From Candidatus Cloacimonadales bacterium (GTDB lineage Bacteria; Cloacimonadota; Cloacimonadia; Cloacimonadales; JAFGVF01), in contig CAXXJV010000001.1 of NCBI GenBank assembly GCA_963663475.2, positions 608,001-672,000 of the forward strand: DNA of 64,000 nt. Reading direction: 5' to 3'. This document shows, piece after piece, positions 20,957 through 30,528 of the stretch (positions within the stretch are counted from its first letter, which is position 1; the number at the start of each line of letters is the position of its first letter). Under the pieces are notes generated by a model that made no database searches, was not told the DNA's origin, and worked only from the letters and a program-made list of their open reading frames with translations. Position numbers and translations under genes: made by a program.

Positions 20957-21169
20957 ATGGCAAAAGGAAAAGCATTTGCAGCAAAACTTGCTCACGAACT
21001 TTCAACTGAAGGTAAAGTGATGTGTCCTGTTTGTAACCAAGAAGTAAAGAAAGTAAAATTAGTTAGAGCCAGAAACAGCAAAGGTAACACCTGGGCACCA
21101 AAATATCAATTCGTTAGCATGTGTAAGTGCAATGAAAAAGATATTATGGCTGGAAAAATTAACGCTTAA
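20957..21169 (+). CDS. Small basic protein with CxxC...CxC, possible bL38/DUF4295-like zinc-binding protein
   Basis: Strong aggagg RBS, Lys-rich, followed by a terminator; MAK...CPVC...VKLVRA...W...MCKC. Confidence 0.75.
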   Translation: MAKGKAFAAKLAHELSTEGKVMCPVCNQEVKKVKLVRARNSKGNTWAPKYQFVSMCKCNEKDIMAGKINA

Positions 21170-21187
21170 TTTGAATTGATTTATAAT

Positions 21188-21225
21188 AATCCCTGTGCCA
21201 CAATACTAGTACAGGGATTTTTTTT
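21188..21225 (+). terminator. Intrinsic terminator after efp and the small ORF
   Basis: aatccctgtgc...gtacagggatt stem followed by a T run. Confidence 0.8.
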
Positions 21226-21253
21226 AAATTCTTGTTTTTAGAAGGAGATTTAA

Positions 21254-22540
21254 ATGAAAAATATAATCCCGGTAGAAGTAACTTCTGAAGTAGGCAAACT
21301 TGATGGTGTAATTCTACACAGACCAGGTAGAGAAGTGGAGAATATGACACCTGGCAATGCTGAGAAAGCCTTGTACAGTGATATTTTAAATTTAAACGTT
21401 GCTGAGAAAGAATACGCTGATTTCTACGATGTACTTTCAATGATTACAACAACCTACGAAGTAAGAGACCTGCTCACAGAAGTATTAGTAAATGAAAAAG
21501 TAAAACACAATCTTATCCATAAAATATGTCAGAATGAAAATGAACCTAGAATCTTCAATTCTCTGATGTCTCTCTCTCCTAAAGAAACTACCCGTCAGCT
21601 CTTTGAAGGTGTAATTCTCAAAAAAAATAATCTTACAAATTTCCTTAGTCAGGAAAAATATATCTTAAGACCTCTCCATAATTTCTTCTTTATGAGAGAT
21701 GCTTCTATGTCTATTGGCAATGAAGTTCTCATTGGAAAAATGGCAAATCAGGTTAGAGAAAGAGAATCAATTATTATGGAAACCATCTTCGATTATCATC
21801 CTGATTTCAAGACTAGAACCTTCAATCCAGTAAATTCAAAAAAAGTATCTCCAAGTAAGATTACTATTGAAGGGGGAGATGTTCTAGTTGCTAATGAAAA
21901 CACTATTCTAATTGGTATGGGTGGTAGATCTACTTCTGAAGGTATTGATTACTTGATAGAACATTATAAAAATAGTGGTAAAGACTTCAATATTATTGTT
22001 CAGGAATTACCTCTAGCTCCAGAATCATTTATTCACTTAGATATGGTATTTACCTTCTTAAGTTATAATCAATGTATGGTTTATGAGCCTGTTATCTTAA
22101 AAAACAATAGACTTGAGACTGTTTCTATTCATATTAGAAATGGCCAAGTAAAGATAGCTTATGAAGATAATATAATCAAAGCTCTTGCTAAGCTTGGTCA
22201 TGAAGTTGAGCCTCTCTTCTGTGGAGGAAGGACTGATGTTTGGACTCAAGAGAGAGAACAGTGGCATAGTGGAACAAACTTCTTTGCAGTAGGGCCAGGT
22301 AAAGTTCTTGGTTATGGTAGAAATACTCACACAATGGATGAATTAGCAAAGAATGGTTATGCTGTTTTACCTGCAAGAGACATTGTAGCTAAGAAAACAG
22401 ATATTACCAAGTATGAAAAGTACTGTATAGCAATTGAAGGTTCAGAGCTTGCTCGTGGTGGTGGTGGCTGTCGTTGTATGACCATGCCTTTCAAGAGACA
22501 AAGTATCAACTCAAAAGCTGATGATAAGAAGGTTAAGTAA
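21254..22540 (+). CDS. arcA: Arginine deiminase
   Basis: VTSEVGKL..VILHRPG.E, FFMRD, IEGGD, HLDMVF, SELARGGGGCRCMTMP. Confidence 0.94.
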   Translation: MKNIIPVEVTSEVGKLDGVILHRPGREVENMTPGNAEKALYSDILNLNVAEKEYADFYDVLSMITTTYEVRDLLTEVLVNEKVKHNLIHKICQNENEPRIFNSLMSLSPKETTRQLFEGVILKKNNLTNFLSQEKYILRPLHNFFFMRDASMSIGNEVLIGKMANQVRERESIIMETIFDYHPDFKTRTFNPVNSKKVSPSKITIEGGDVLVANENTILIGMGGRSTSEGIDYLIEHYKNSGKDFNIIVQELPLAPESFIHLDMVFTFLSYNQCMVYEPVILKNNRLETVSIHIRNGQVKIAYEDNIIKALAKLGHEVEPLFCGGRTDVWTQEREQWHSGTNFFAVGPGKVLGYGRNTHTMDELAKNGYAVLPARDIVAKKTDITKYEKYCIAIEGSELARGGGGCRCMTMPFKRQSINSKADDKKVK

Positions 22541-22547
22541 GAAGTAG

Positions 22548-24506
22548 ATGGAAAAAATTGAAATTCTTGAATATTTTGAAGGAAATGAATCTCACTTTGC
22601 TAAAAAAATAGAGGATAGAGATAATAGATTTCTAATTGAAAAAGCATCAAAGCAAAAACTGAAACTTTCTGCTAATAGAGTATTATTTAATCATATAATA
22701 ACTTCTGATAAAGAACTGCCTGAGATTATAGACAAGCTTAGTAAGTCTATAGAAAAACAGAAAACTAACTTTTCAGTTATTGAGCTTTGGGAACTTGCCC
22801 AAGAAGATATTCGAGAATATAGTGTTGAGGAATTAGCTTCATTCTTTGTTGATAATCCTGATACAGTAACCCAGTCTGCTCTTTTCCACCTAATTAGAGA
22901 AGAAAAGAATCACTTCAAACGTAAGGGCACCCTAGTTACTCCTAGGAAAGCTGAACAAATTGAAGAGATTCTTATTCAAGAAAATAAAGAAAAGGAGAAG
23001 CAAGAGATTTATTCTTTCTTCTCAGACAATATTGGGTTAGCTATGAGGAATGACTCGCTAGCTAACCCAGAAATTTTTAATCATTTAAAAGCCTGGCTTA
23101 AAGACCCATCTAACGAGCTTCTATCATCTGTTATTGATAAATATGCTAACGGCCAGGATAGTCGTTTTTTTGTCTATAACCTGCTAAAGGTTAACCAGAT
23201 AATCCCTGAAAATTCTGATAAATTTGCTACGATATATGGTGTTTCTACTGACTTCTCACAAACAACTAAACTTGAAGCTGAAAGATTAGAAATTGCTTGT
23301 TCAGATAGGGAAGACCTGTCTTACCTTACATCATATACCATTGATAGTGAAGAAACTAAAGAAATAGATGATGCTATTTCTTTTGATAGACTAGATGGCG
23401 AGTATCTACTAGGTATCCATATTACTGATTTAGCCAGCTTTATTAGTAAGGATTCAGTTCTAGACCAAGAAGCATTTGAGAGAGTTTCAACTGTCTATCT
23501 AGAAACTGGTGAAATCCCAATGTTTCCTACTGAAATTTGCCATGATAAACTTAGCTTAGTAAAAGATAAAATTAGACCCTGCTTGTCTGCTCTTTTCACC
23601 TTCTCAGAAGATTTTGAGTTAATCTCTAGGAGATTTACGTTAGCAAACTTGACTGTTAGGCATAAAATTTCCTATAATGAGCTTGATAAGATAATTAGGA
23701 AATCAAAATCAGACCCTAGTCATGATTTTAATATTCTCAAGAAACTCACAGATAAGCTCAGAAAGAAAAGATTCGAAGCTGGAGCAATTGAGATTAACAG
23801 GCCTGAGATAGAAATTAGGGTAGTGGATGGTAAAATAAAACTAAGTGCTACAAATCAAAGATCAATTTCTCGCAGGATAATCAGCGAACTGATGATTCTG
23901 ATGAATAATAATATAGCAGAATTTGCAGCCCAAAACCAGCTTCCCTTCATATATAGAATACAAGAAATGCCTAATGAAGACTATAAGCACTACCTGCAAC
24001 CTGATTTTTATGATCCTATTATGAATGATAAACTCATTAGAATGATTAGGCCTTCCAATTTCTCCTCTCAGCCAAGCAAACACTATGGATTAGGGGTAGA
24101 TTTCTATTCCCAAACAACATCACCTTTAAGACGGTATTTTGACCTTCTGATGCAAAGACAAATTGTCTCCTTCCTTAAACAGCAAACAGCATTATATAAT
24201 CAAGAAGAATTGTTGAGTTTTATTACTAATATTGAAGCAACTAATAAACACTATTCACAGCTATATACTGCTTCCTTTAACTTCTGGTTCTTAAAATATC
24301 TTGAAGAAAATCTTAAGTATGAACCACTCTCAGCAGTTGTTGTCTCTGATAATCAAAATTCCTATACCTTTGAGTTGTTAGATTTTGGTAAGAGATATAA
24401 TTTACGCACAAAAGATAATTTAGCCATAGGAGATACTGTAAGTTTATTAATTGAGAAAATTCAAGCTGAAAAAGATATTATTAAATTTTCCTTAATTAAT
24501 GACTAA
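22548..24506 (+). CDS. RNB-domain 3'-5' exoribonuclease (RNase II/R family)
   Basis: TIDSEETKEIDDAIS catalytic motif, HYGLG, TSPLRRYFDL. Confidence 0.9.
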   Translation: MEKIEILEYFEGNESHFAKKIEDRDNRFLIEKASKQKLKLSANRVLFNHIITSDKELPEIIDKLSKSIEKQKTNFSVIELWELAQEDIREYSVEELASFFVDNPDTVTQSALFHLIREEKNHFKRKGTLVTPRKAEQIEEILIQENKEKEKQEIYSFFSDNIGLAMRNDSLANPEIFNHLKAWLKDPSNELLSSVIDKYANGQDSRFFVYNLLKVNQIIPENSDKFATIYGVSTDFSQTTKLEAERLEIACSDREDLSYLTSYTIDSEETKEIDDAISFDRLDGEYLLGIHITDLASFISKDSVLDQEAFERVSTVYLETGEIPMFPTEICHDKLSLVKDKIRPCLSALFTFSEDFELISRRFTLANLTVRHKISYNELDKIIRKSKSDPSHDFNILKKLTDKLRKKRFEAGAIEINRPEIEIRVVDGKIKLSATNQRSISRRIISELMILMNNNIAEFAAQNQLPFIYRIQEMPNEDYKHYLQPDFYDPIMNDKLIRMIRPSNFSSQPSKHYGLGVDFYSQTTSPLRRYFDLLMQRQIVSFLKQQTALYNQEELLSFITNIEATNKHYSQLYTASFNFWFLKYLEENLKYEPLSAVVVSDNQNSYTFELLDFGKRYNLRTKDNLAIGDTVSLLIEKIQAEKDIIKFSLIND

Positions 24507-24686
24507 TGGTCCCATAATTTTCTTTGTAAGACAGATAAGCTAGGAAGCATAAAGCCAAATAAGAATAAGCTAAGATACAGAGTGTTGATAAAGTCAACTT
24601 CTCTAAGTTTTTGGTCTCTTTTTGCAAAAAGAGATCGCTAATAGATTTATTCAAACTCGAGCAAGATAGTATTTAAATACATTGCA

Positions 24687-24833
24687 GTGAAGAGTTTGGA
24701 TAAAGATATAGCGACTTTAATAAAAAATTTCTAAATTACTTAGATGAAGCTTAGTGTCTGATCCATTTCAAGAATTGTGAGTTTATCCCAAATAATGCAT
24801 TAGACCTTTGAGAATAGCACTATATTCTTCTGT
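24687..24833. repeat. Repeat family C fragments (core shared with 51194-51313 plus a terminal repeat)
   Basis: gtgaagagtttggataaagatatagcgactttaat...gcttagtgtctga matches the 51.2-kb copy; cccaaataatgcattagacctttgagaatagcac matches the family terminus. Confidence 0.7.
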
Positions 24834-24838
24834 AAAGC

Positions 24839-26071
24839 CTAGTCCACCATTCGGGTTAAAGATTTTTTAAGAATCTCTAGCAGGGCTTCTTTAGTCAAAA
24901 GTGGATTCTCAATCCAAATTCTTTTAGCTTCTTTGATATAGAAATTCTTTTCTCTAGCAGTTTTGAGATTTAACTTCTTGATGATAGTTAAACCATTTAA
25001 GGGGTAAATTGAATCTGTAAAAAGTTTTATCTTTTCTCTAATAATAGCATGTTGTGGGAAATTAGGGAAAGATATATCAAGAATTTCTAGGGCATAATTA
25101 AGGTCAGCAAGATTATTATAGACAAAATAATTGAGAGAAGGAATTTGCGAGTAATTTAGAAGAGCTTGAACGCATTCACTTATCCTCATAGCCTTTTTAA
25201 CTAATTTGATGTTTATAGTAAGTTTTATTAAAGCCTTTTCCATATCTTTAGTAGTGTCACAAGCAAGAGCTAAGAGGGCTAGTCTTATGACTAGTTCTGC
25301 TTTATAAGCATCTATTTTAGCTATAGCCTTTATGGTTTTCTCTTCCTTGTCTTGTAAAGGAGGTAAAATATAAGGCATTAGATGAGTTTGATAACAGAGC
25401 TTAAGTGCTTTGGCGAAGCCTTGTTTGAGAATCATAGCAATAAATTCATCTTTAATCCGCTCAATACTGATATATTGCAGGTGGTCTTTCCACTTAATGA
25501 TACCTTGCAAAGTCTGCTCTTCAATAGTAAAGTCAAGTCTAGCTGCAAATCTGATAGCTCTCAGTATTCTTAAAGGGTCTTCTTGAAATATTAAATCTGG
25601 ATCAGATGTAGATCTAATTAGTTTATTATTTAGATCATTAATTCCTCTCTCTGTAACATCAATTATTTCTTTTGTAGATATCTTGTAATAGAGAGAATTG
25701 ATAGTAAAGTCACGTCGGAAGGCATCAGCTTGTAGGCCTGCAAAATCAACTTGTGGATGCCTACTTTTATCCTGATAAACTTCAGATCTAGTCATAACAA
25801 ACTCAACTTTATGGCCAGCTATTTGAACCATTGCTGTACCAAATCTTTTATAAATAATTGGACGAGAGCATAATCTTTTCTTATATAAATACTTGGCTAG
25901 TCTAACACCTCCTAGGGGGAGATTAACGACGAAATCAAGATCATTTAAATCATTGTTAAGGAGAAGGTCACGAACGTAGCCTCCCACAAGAAAGGTCTTG
26001 TTAGCAAATTCCGAGTTAGTAATAGTGTTTGCTATAAGTTTAATTATATTTTCTAAGTCTTGTTTTTTCAT
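24839..26071 (-). CDS. CCA tRNA nucleotidyltransferase / poly(A) polymerase family
   Basis: VGGYVRDLLL..DLDF, RRDFTIN, EDPLRILRAIRF, SIERI. Confidence 0.92.
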   Translation of the reverse strand: MKKQDLENIIKLIANTITNSEFANKTFLVGGYVRDLLLNNDLNDLDFVVNLPLGGVRLAKYLYKKRLCSRPIIYKRFGTAMVQIAGHKVEFVMTRSEVYQDKSRHPQVDFAGLQADAFRRDFTINSLYYKISTKEIIDVTERGINDLNNKLIRSTSDPDLIFQEDPLRILRAIRFAARLDFTIEEQTLQGIIKWKDHLQYISIERIKDEFIAMILKQGFAKALKLCYQTHLMPYILPPLQDKEEKTIKAIAKIDAYKAELVIRLALLALACDTTKDMEKALIKLTINIKLVKKAMRISECVQALLNYSQIPSLNYFVYNNLADLNYALEILDISFPNFPQHAIIREKIKLFTDSIYPLNGLTIIKKLNLKTAREKNFYIKEAKRIWIENPLLTKEALLEILKKSLTRMVD

Positions 26072-26208
26072 ATTAAAGAATAAATTATTGCAGTCTAGTA
26101 AACTGTCAATAGGATTTTAAAACCAATAGTACTGGAGACTTATGCAGAAGAATCTATATTCTTCACTAAAAGTCTACTCTAGCATTCGTGATTATGTCTT
26201 ATTCAGCT

Positions 26209-26240
26209 AAAAACAAAAGCAGGTCTCAGACCTGCTTTTG
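26209..26240 (-). terminator. Intrinsic terminator of the secreted selenoprotein gene
   Basis: caaaagcaggtc-tca-gacctgcttttg perfect hairpin followed by a T run on the minus strand. Confidence 0.8.
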
Positions 26241-26268
26241 TGGAATATTTTCTACAAATAGATTTTTT

Positions 26269-28134
26269 CTATTTGATTAAAATTGTTTTAGAACTAAATG
26301 TCTTTTCGGGAGTTACAACTTTATAGAAGTAAATACCGTTTGAACATTTGTTGCCATTTTGATCTCTTCCATCCCAAGTTATATTATGCATACCTTGTGT
26401 GAAAGTTTCATCAGCAAGAGTTTTAATCAATTGACCTTTCAAGTTATAAATAGACACTTGGATATGTTGAGCTTTTCTAGCTTGAATATCAATAGCAGAC
26501 ATCTTATTAAATGGGTTAGGATAAGAGCTTTTGCTTACGATCAACTCTTGACTATCATTTTCATTAGAAACACCATTGTTAATAATGATTTCGATTGGTT
26601 CTGAAGGCATGGAAAGTCCACCTGGAGAGTAAACACCTTTAATAACATAAACATGGGTGCCATCTTCAACATCTTCATCAGTATAAGTAAGAACTTCAGT
26701 GTCCATAATTGTAGCTATAAAGGTTGTACCTCTTTGGATTTTATAACCAAAAAGACCTCTAACTTCTGGGAATATTGGTGGTTCCCAGGTTAGGACTATA
26801 TCATTTCCATTTTCAACTGTATAAGCAAAGTTAGTAGGAGCTACTAAATCACTAATAGGATTTGGACTTGTGATTGTTACTTCTTGACCTGGCATTTGAT
26901 GCTCGTCAATTGGCATTATAGTGAATCTGAAGTATTTTCCAACATGCTCTGGTGTAAAGTGAAGAGTTAATTGATCAGCATTGATGTTATTAAAGTCTGA
27001 CCAGTTTTCACCATCATCAGAAATATACCAAGCCATCATAGTTTCACCCTCATCATCATCATCAGCATCAACGAAGTCATAAATAACATCTACTGAGAAG
27101 TTTTTCATTAAAACACCATCAAATCTAAGGTTTTCAGCAACAGGTGCCTGGTTAGGGAAGCCTGAACCTGAAAGAGTAATTGTGTTTGTTTCAAAACCTA
27201 GAATATCAGTGGTAATAGTTATTAATCCATTATAATCTGTTTCTTCTGTTGGTAAGAATGTGATAGTATGGTTTTCAATAGCACCAGGAGCTAGACTATA
27301 GTTCATTTCACCAGAAAGTTCAAAACCAGGAGCATCCATAGTGATACTTACATTTGTAGTTGTACCTGAAACGTTGGCTACTACGAATGATTTGGTAAAA
27401 TTAGAGCCAATATAAGCAGGACCAAAATCTGCTTCAGTCATTGAAACAGCAGAAGAACCAGCTTCATCAGCTTGGTAAATTTCTGAATCACCTGATAAGA
27501 TTCTTTGAACTAAAACAAAGCCTTTGATAGTTGAAGCATCCCAGCTTGAATCCACTGAGAAGGCATGACTATATGTACCGCTTTGACCAGCATTAGATTG
27601 AGTAAAATCTTCATCTGCATAAGCAATCACAGATGAGAAATAACTATCAGTTATATATCTGGTTAAAATATAAATAACCTTAACATTTGCATTATCAAAA
27701 GCTTGCTCAAGTTGGATAGTAGCATTTAAGCTATATTCACCAGCAGAGCCTAAAAGATAAGAATCAATTGTCATTGGTGCTTCATTATTAATTAGTTGAT
27801 TATAAATTGGTAAAAATTGTGCATTGTAAGCATCAACAGCTGCACCGACTTCTAGTTCAGTACCTTGGAAAGCTGTTTGAGGGATACCTTGTGAATTTGA
27901 ACCTACAAGTCCTCTTCTTGAAGAGTAGTTAGGGGATTGGTTAGCAGAGTCACCTTGCCAAATAAGTGGGACAACGTTTGGCTGGTTATTATAAAGATTG
28001 AACAGACCTGTTCTTGCGCGTGGACAGTATCCTCACCAAGATTCAGTGAATACTTCTCCAACAACATTTAATTGAGCTGCTGTGAGAGAAAGTAAACTAA
28101 GTAACAACATAGCAAAAATCATTGCTTTTTTCAT
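26269..28134 (-). CDS. Secreted Omp28/thioredoxin-like selenoprotein (UxxC; Sec34, TGA at 28035-28033) with Ig/FN3-like modules and a T9SS-like C-terminal domain, 621 aa
   Basis: ATG 28134 with gaaggag RBS gives MKKAMIFAMLLLSLLSLTAAQLNVVGEVFTESW-TGA-GYCPRARTGL...GIPQ..., with no other stop until it joins the 501-aa ORF in frame. C-terminus is SYPNPFN...IYNLKGQLIKTL...WDG...GIYFY...K. Confidence 0.9.
28000..28013 (-). promoter_or_regulatory. SECIS apical hairpin of the secreted selenoprotein
   Basis: Minus strand gaaca-ggtc-tgttc, 20-33 nt after the UGA. The core caggtctg matches the E. coli fdhF SECIS apex (GCAGGUCUGC) as I recall it. Confidence 0.8.
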
Positions 28135-28546
28135 ACTTAAATTCTCCTTCCATTTTTTTAAGTTTTTGTATTTCACATCTTGTTGCAATATTATACAAGC
28201 AATTCTTTTATGGCAAGAACTTTTTTTATTAATAAGATTTTTTAAAAAAATTATTGCTCAAGTTAACTATGTTAACCATTAATTCAAGCCAAGTTCTAGT
28301 CATATATTCCCTTACCACATCTCCTCTTTTTATTACCGCAGGAAAGAACTTGAAACCCAAATTGAATAGTTGTACTTTCTGAAAACTAGCTAGCTTATTA
28401 GTAAACTTAATTATCTTATCTTCACCCTCCTCTCCTCCTTACTACTAGTGAAAAAGGCTTTTTTCCTTGACGTAAAAAAAGGCTTTTTAAATGATGCAGT
28501 TAGTAAAATATCGCAATATCTTAGATAATAAAAAGAGGTAATAAAA

Positions 28547-29749
28547 ATGACTATAGAAGAACAAGTAAAATTGCTTAAAAAAGGGGTTGAAGAAATAGTC
28601 CCTGAAGATCAATTAATTGCAAAACTCAAGAAATCAGCAAAGACAGGTAAACCTCTAAGAGTTAAATATGGCATTGATCCTACTGGATCTCAAGTGCATA
28701 TTGGCCATTTAGTTCCTATTAGAAAGATGAGGCAATTTCAAGATTTAGGCCACATAGGTGTGATTATTATTGGTGATTTTACAGCTCAAATTGGTGATCC
28801 TACTGGTAAAAATGAGACTCGTCCTCCTCTAACAAAAGAGCAAATAATGAAGAACTGTGAAAAGTATATGGACCAGCTCTACACAGTTTTAGATAAAGAT
28901 AAGACTGAAGTGAGATTCCAAACAGAGTGGTTTGGTAATATGACTATGGCTGATGTGATAAAGTTAATGGGAAGATTTACTCTAGCCCAGTTCTTGGCTC
29001 ATGACACTTTCCGTAAAAGATATGAAAATGGCTTACCTTTAGGAATGCATGAAATCATGTACCCAATTTTACAGGGTTATGATTCAGTTGCCATTGAATC
29101 AGATATAGAATTAGGAGCTACAGAGCAAAAATTTAATTTATTAGCAGGTCGAGATATGCAACGCTACCATAATCAAGAAGAGCAGGTTGCTATCATGTCT
29201 CCTATCTTAATGGGTACTGATGGTGTTAACAAAATGGGTAAATCTCTTAATAATTATATTGCAGTTTTCGACAGTCCTAAAGATAAATACGGTAAGGTAA
29301 TGTCTATTCCTGATAATCTTATTATTAATTATTTTACTTACGCTACTAATTTTACTGAGGAAGAGATTGCTTCAGTTCAGAAGAGATTAGAGTCTGGAGA
29401 AAACCCTAAGATTTTAAAACAGCTTCTAGCAAGGGAACTAGTAAAAATCTATCATGGTCCTGAGATTGCTCAAGCAGAAGAAGATGCTTTCAATTCTGTT
29501 TTTGCTAAAGGCAACATTCCTGATGATATTGAAGAATTTCATTTTAGTGAAGATAAAATCTGGATTATAAAGCTATTAACAGATACTAATTTATGTAAAA
29601 CAAATGGAGAAGCAAAACGCATGATTAAGCAGAATGCTGTCTCTATAGATGGCGAGAAAATAACCAATCCGGACTTAGAAATAGAATTGCAGGATGAATT
29701 TACTATAAAGGTTGGTAAAAGAAGATTCGCTAAAATTCTTAAACAATAG
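28547..29749 (+). CDS. tyrS: Tyrosine--tRNA ligase
   Basis: GIDPTG..HIGH, YPILQGYD, KMGKS, C-terminal S4 domain VGKRRF. Confidence 0.97.
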   Translation: MTIEEQVKLLKKGVEEIVPEDQLIAKLKKSAKTGKPLRVKYGIDPTGSQVHIGHLVPIRKMRQFQDLGHIGVIIIGDFTAQIGDPTGKNETRPPLTKEQIMKNCEKYMDQLYTVLDKDKTEVRFQTEWFGNMTMADVIKLMGRFTLAQFLAHDTFRKRYENGLPLGMHEIMYPILQGYDSVAIESDIELGATEQKFNLLAGRDMQRYHNQEEQVAIMSPILMGTDGVNKMGKSLNNYIAVFDSPKDKYGKVMSIPDNLIINYFTYATNFTEEEIASVQKRLESGENPKILKQLLARELVKIYHGPEIAQAEEDAFNSVFAKGNIPDDIEEFHFSEDKIWIIKLLTDTNLCKTNGEAKRMIKQNAVSIDGEKITNPDLEIELQDEFTIKVGKRRFAKILKQ

Positions 29750-29764
29750 AAAGATAGGTAAATT

Positions 29765-30427
29765 ATGAATATGGATTTTACAAGTCAAGTCTTAGCCTTC
29801 TTCTTCATCTTTATGTCTATCGTTATCCATGAGATAAGTCATGGTTACACAGCCTATATGCTAGGAGATGATACAGCTAAGAGGATGGGGAGGTTATCCT
29901 TAAACCCTCTTCACCATGTAGATATATTTGGTACAATAGTGCTACCTATAATACTCTTCATGACTGCTGGATTTGCTTTTGGATATGCAAAACCAGTCCC
30001 AATAAACCCCTATAATTTTAAGAATTATAAGAAGGGTATGGGAATAACAGGGGCAGCAGGTCCTTTATCAAACTTTATAATAACCTTCCTGCTAGCAATA
30101 ATTTATGTTATTTTGGCTAAATCTGGCTTAGGGGATGGAGTAAGAGCCTTTAGTGTTTTAAGGCTGACAATGCAAGTAAATATTTTCTTAGCCTTGTTTA
30201 ATCTGATACCAGTTCCTCCTCTTGATGGTTCAAGAATTGTGGGTGCTTTTTTATCAGACCAAGCTTACATAAAATATTCTAAGTTAGAACGTTATGGAAT
30301 GTATATTATTTTAGGAGCCTTAGTTTTAGGTTCATTGTTAAACATTTCCATTATCGGATTAATAATCAATAAGCCTTTCCAAATTGTATGGGGTTTCTTT
30401 GCCCAGATGATTAATGCTTTGTTGTAA
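29765..30427 (+). CDS. Site-2 protease (M50) family membrane metalloprotease
   Basis: HEISH, AGP, FNLIPVPPLDG. Confidence 0.93.
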   Translation: MNMDFTSQVLAFFFIFMSIVIHEISHGYTAYMLGDDTAKRMGRLSLNPLHHVDIFGTIVLPIILFMTAGFAFGYAKPVPINPYNFKNYKKGMGITGAAGPLSNFIITFLLAIIYVILAKSGLGDGVRAFSVLRLTMQVNIFLALFNLIPVPPLDGSRIVGAFLSDQAYIKYSKLERYGMYIILGALVLGSLLNISIIGLIINKPFQIVWGFFAQMINALL

Positions 30428-30528
30428 GTCAAAGATTTAGTCCAAATAAGGCAGTAGATTTTTGATAAATAGAAATTAAAAAAAATAAAATAAAAAAAGG
30501 AATTACTTTGTATTTCCGAGGAGAATTT

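Noticed and set aside
27775-28134. Pseudogene (nonsense mutation) reading of the two in-frame TGA codons here and at 11497
   Set aside because: Both TGAs fall exactly on catalytic Cys positions and are followed by SECIS-like hairpins, with intact frames on both sides.
28082-28282. 66-aa plus-strand ORF
   Set aside because: Antisense to the true start, signal peptide and RBS of the selenoprotein gene.
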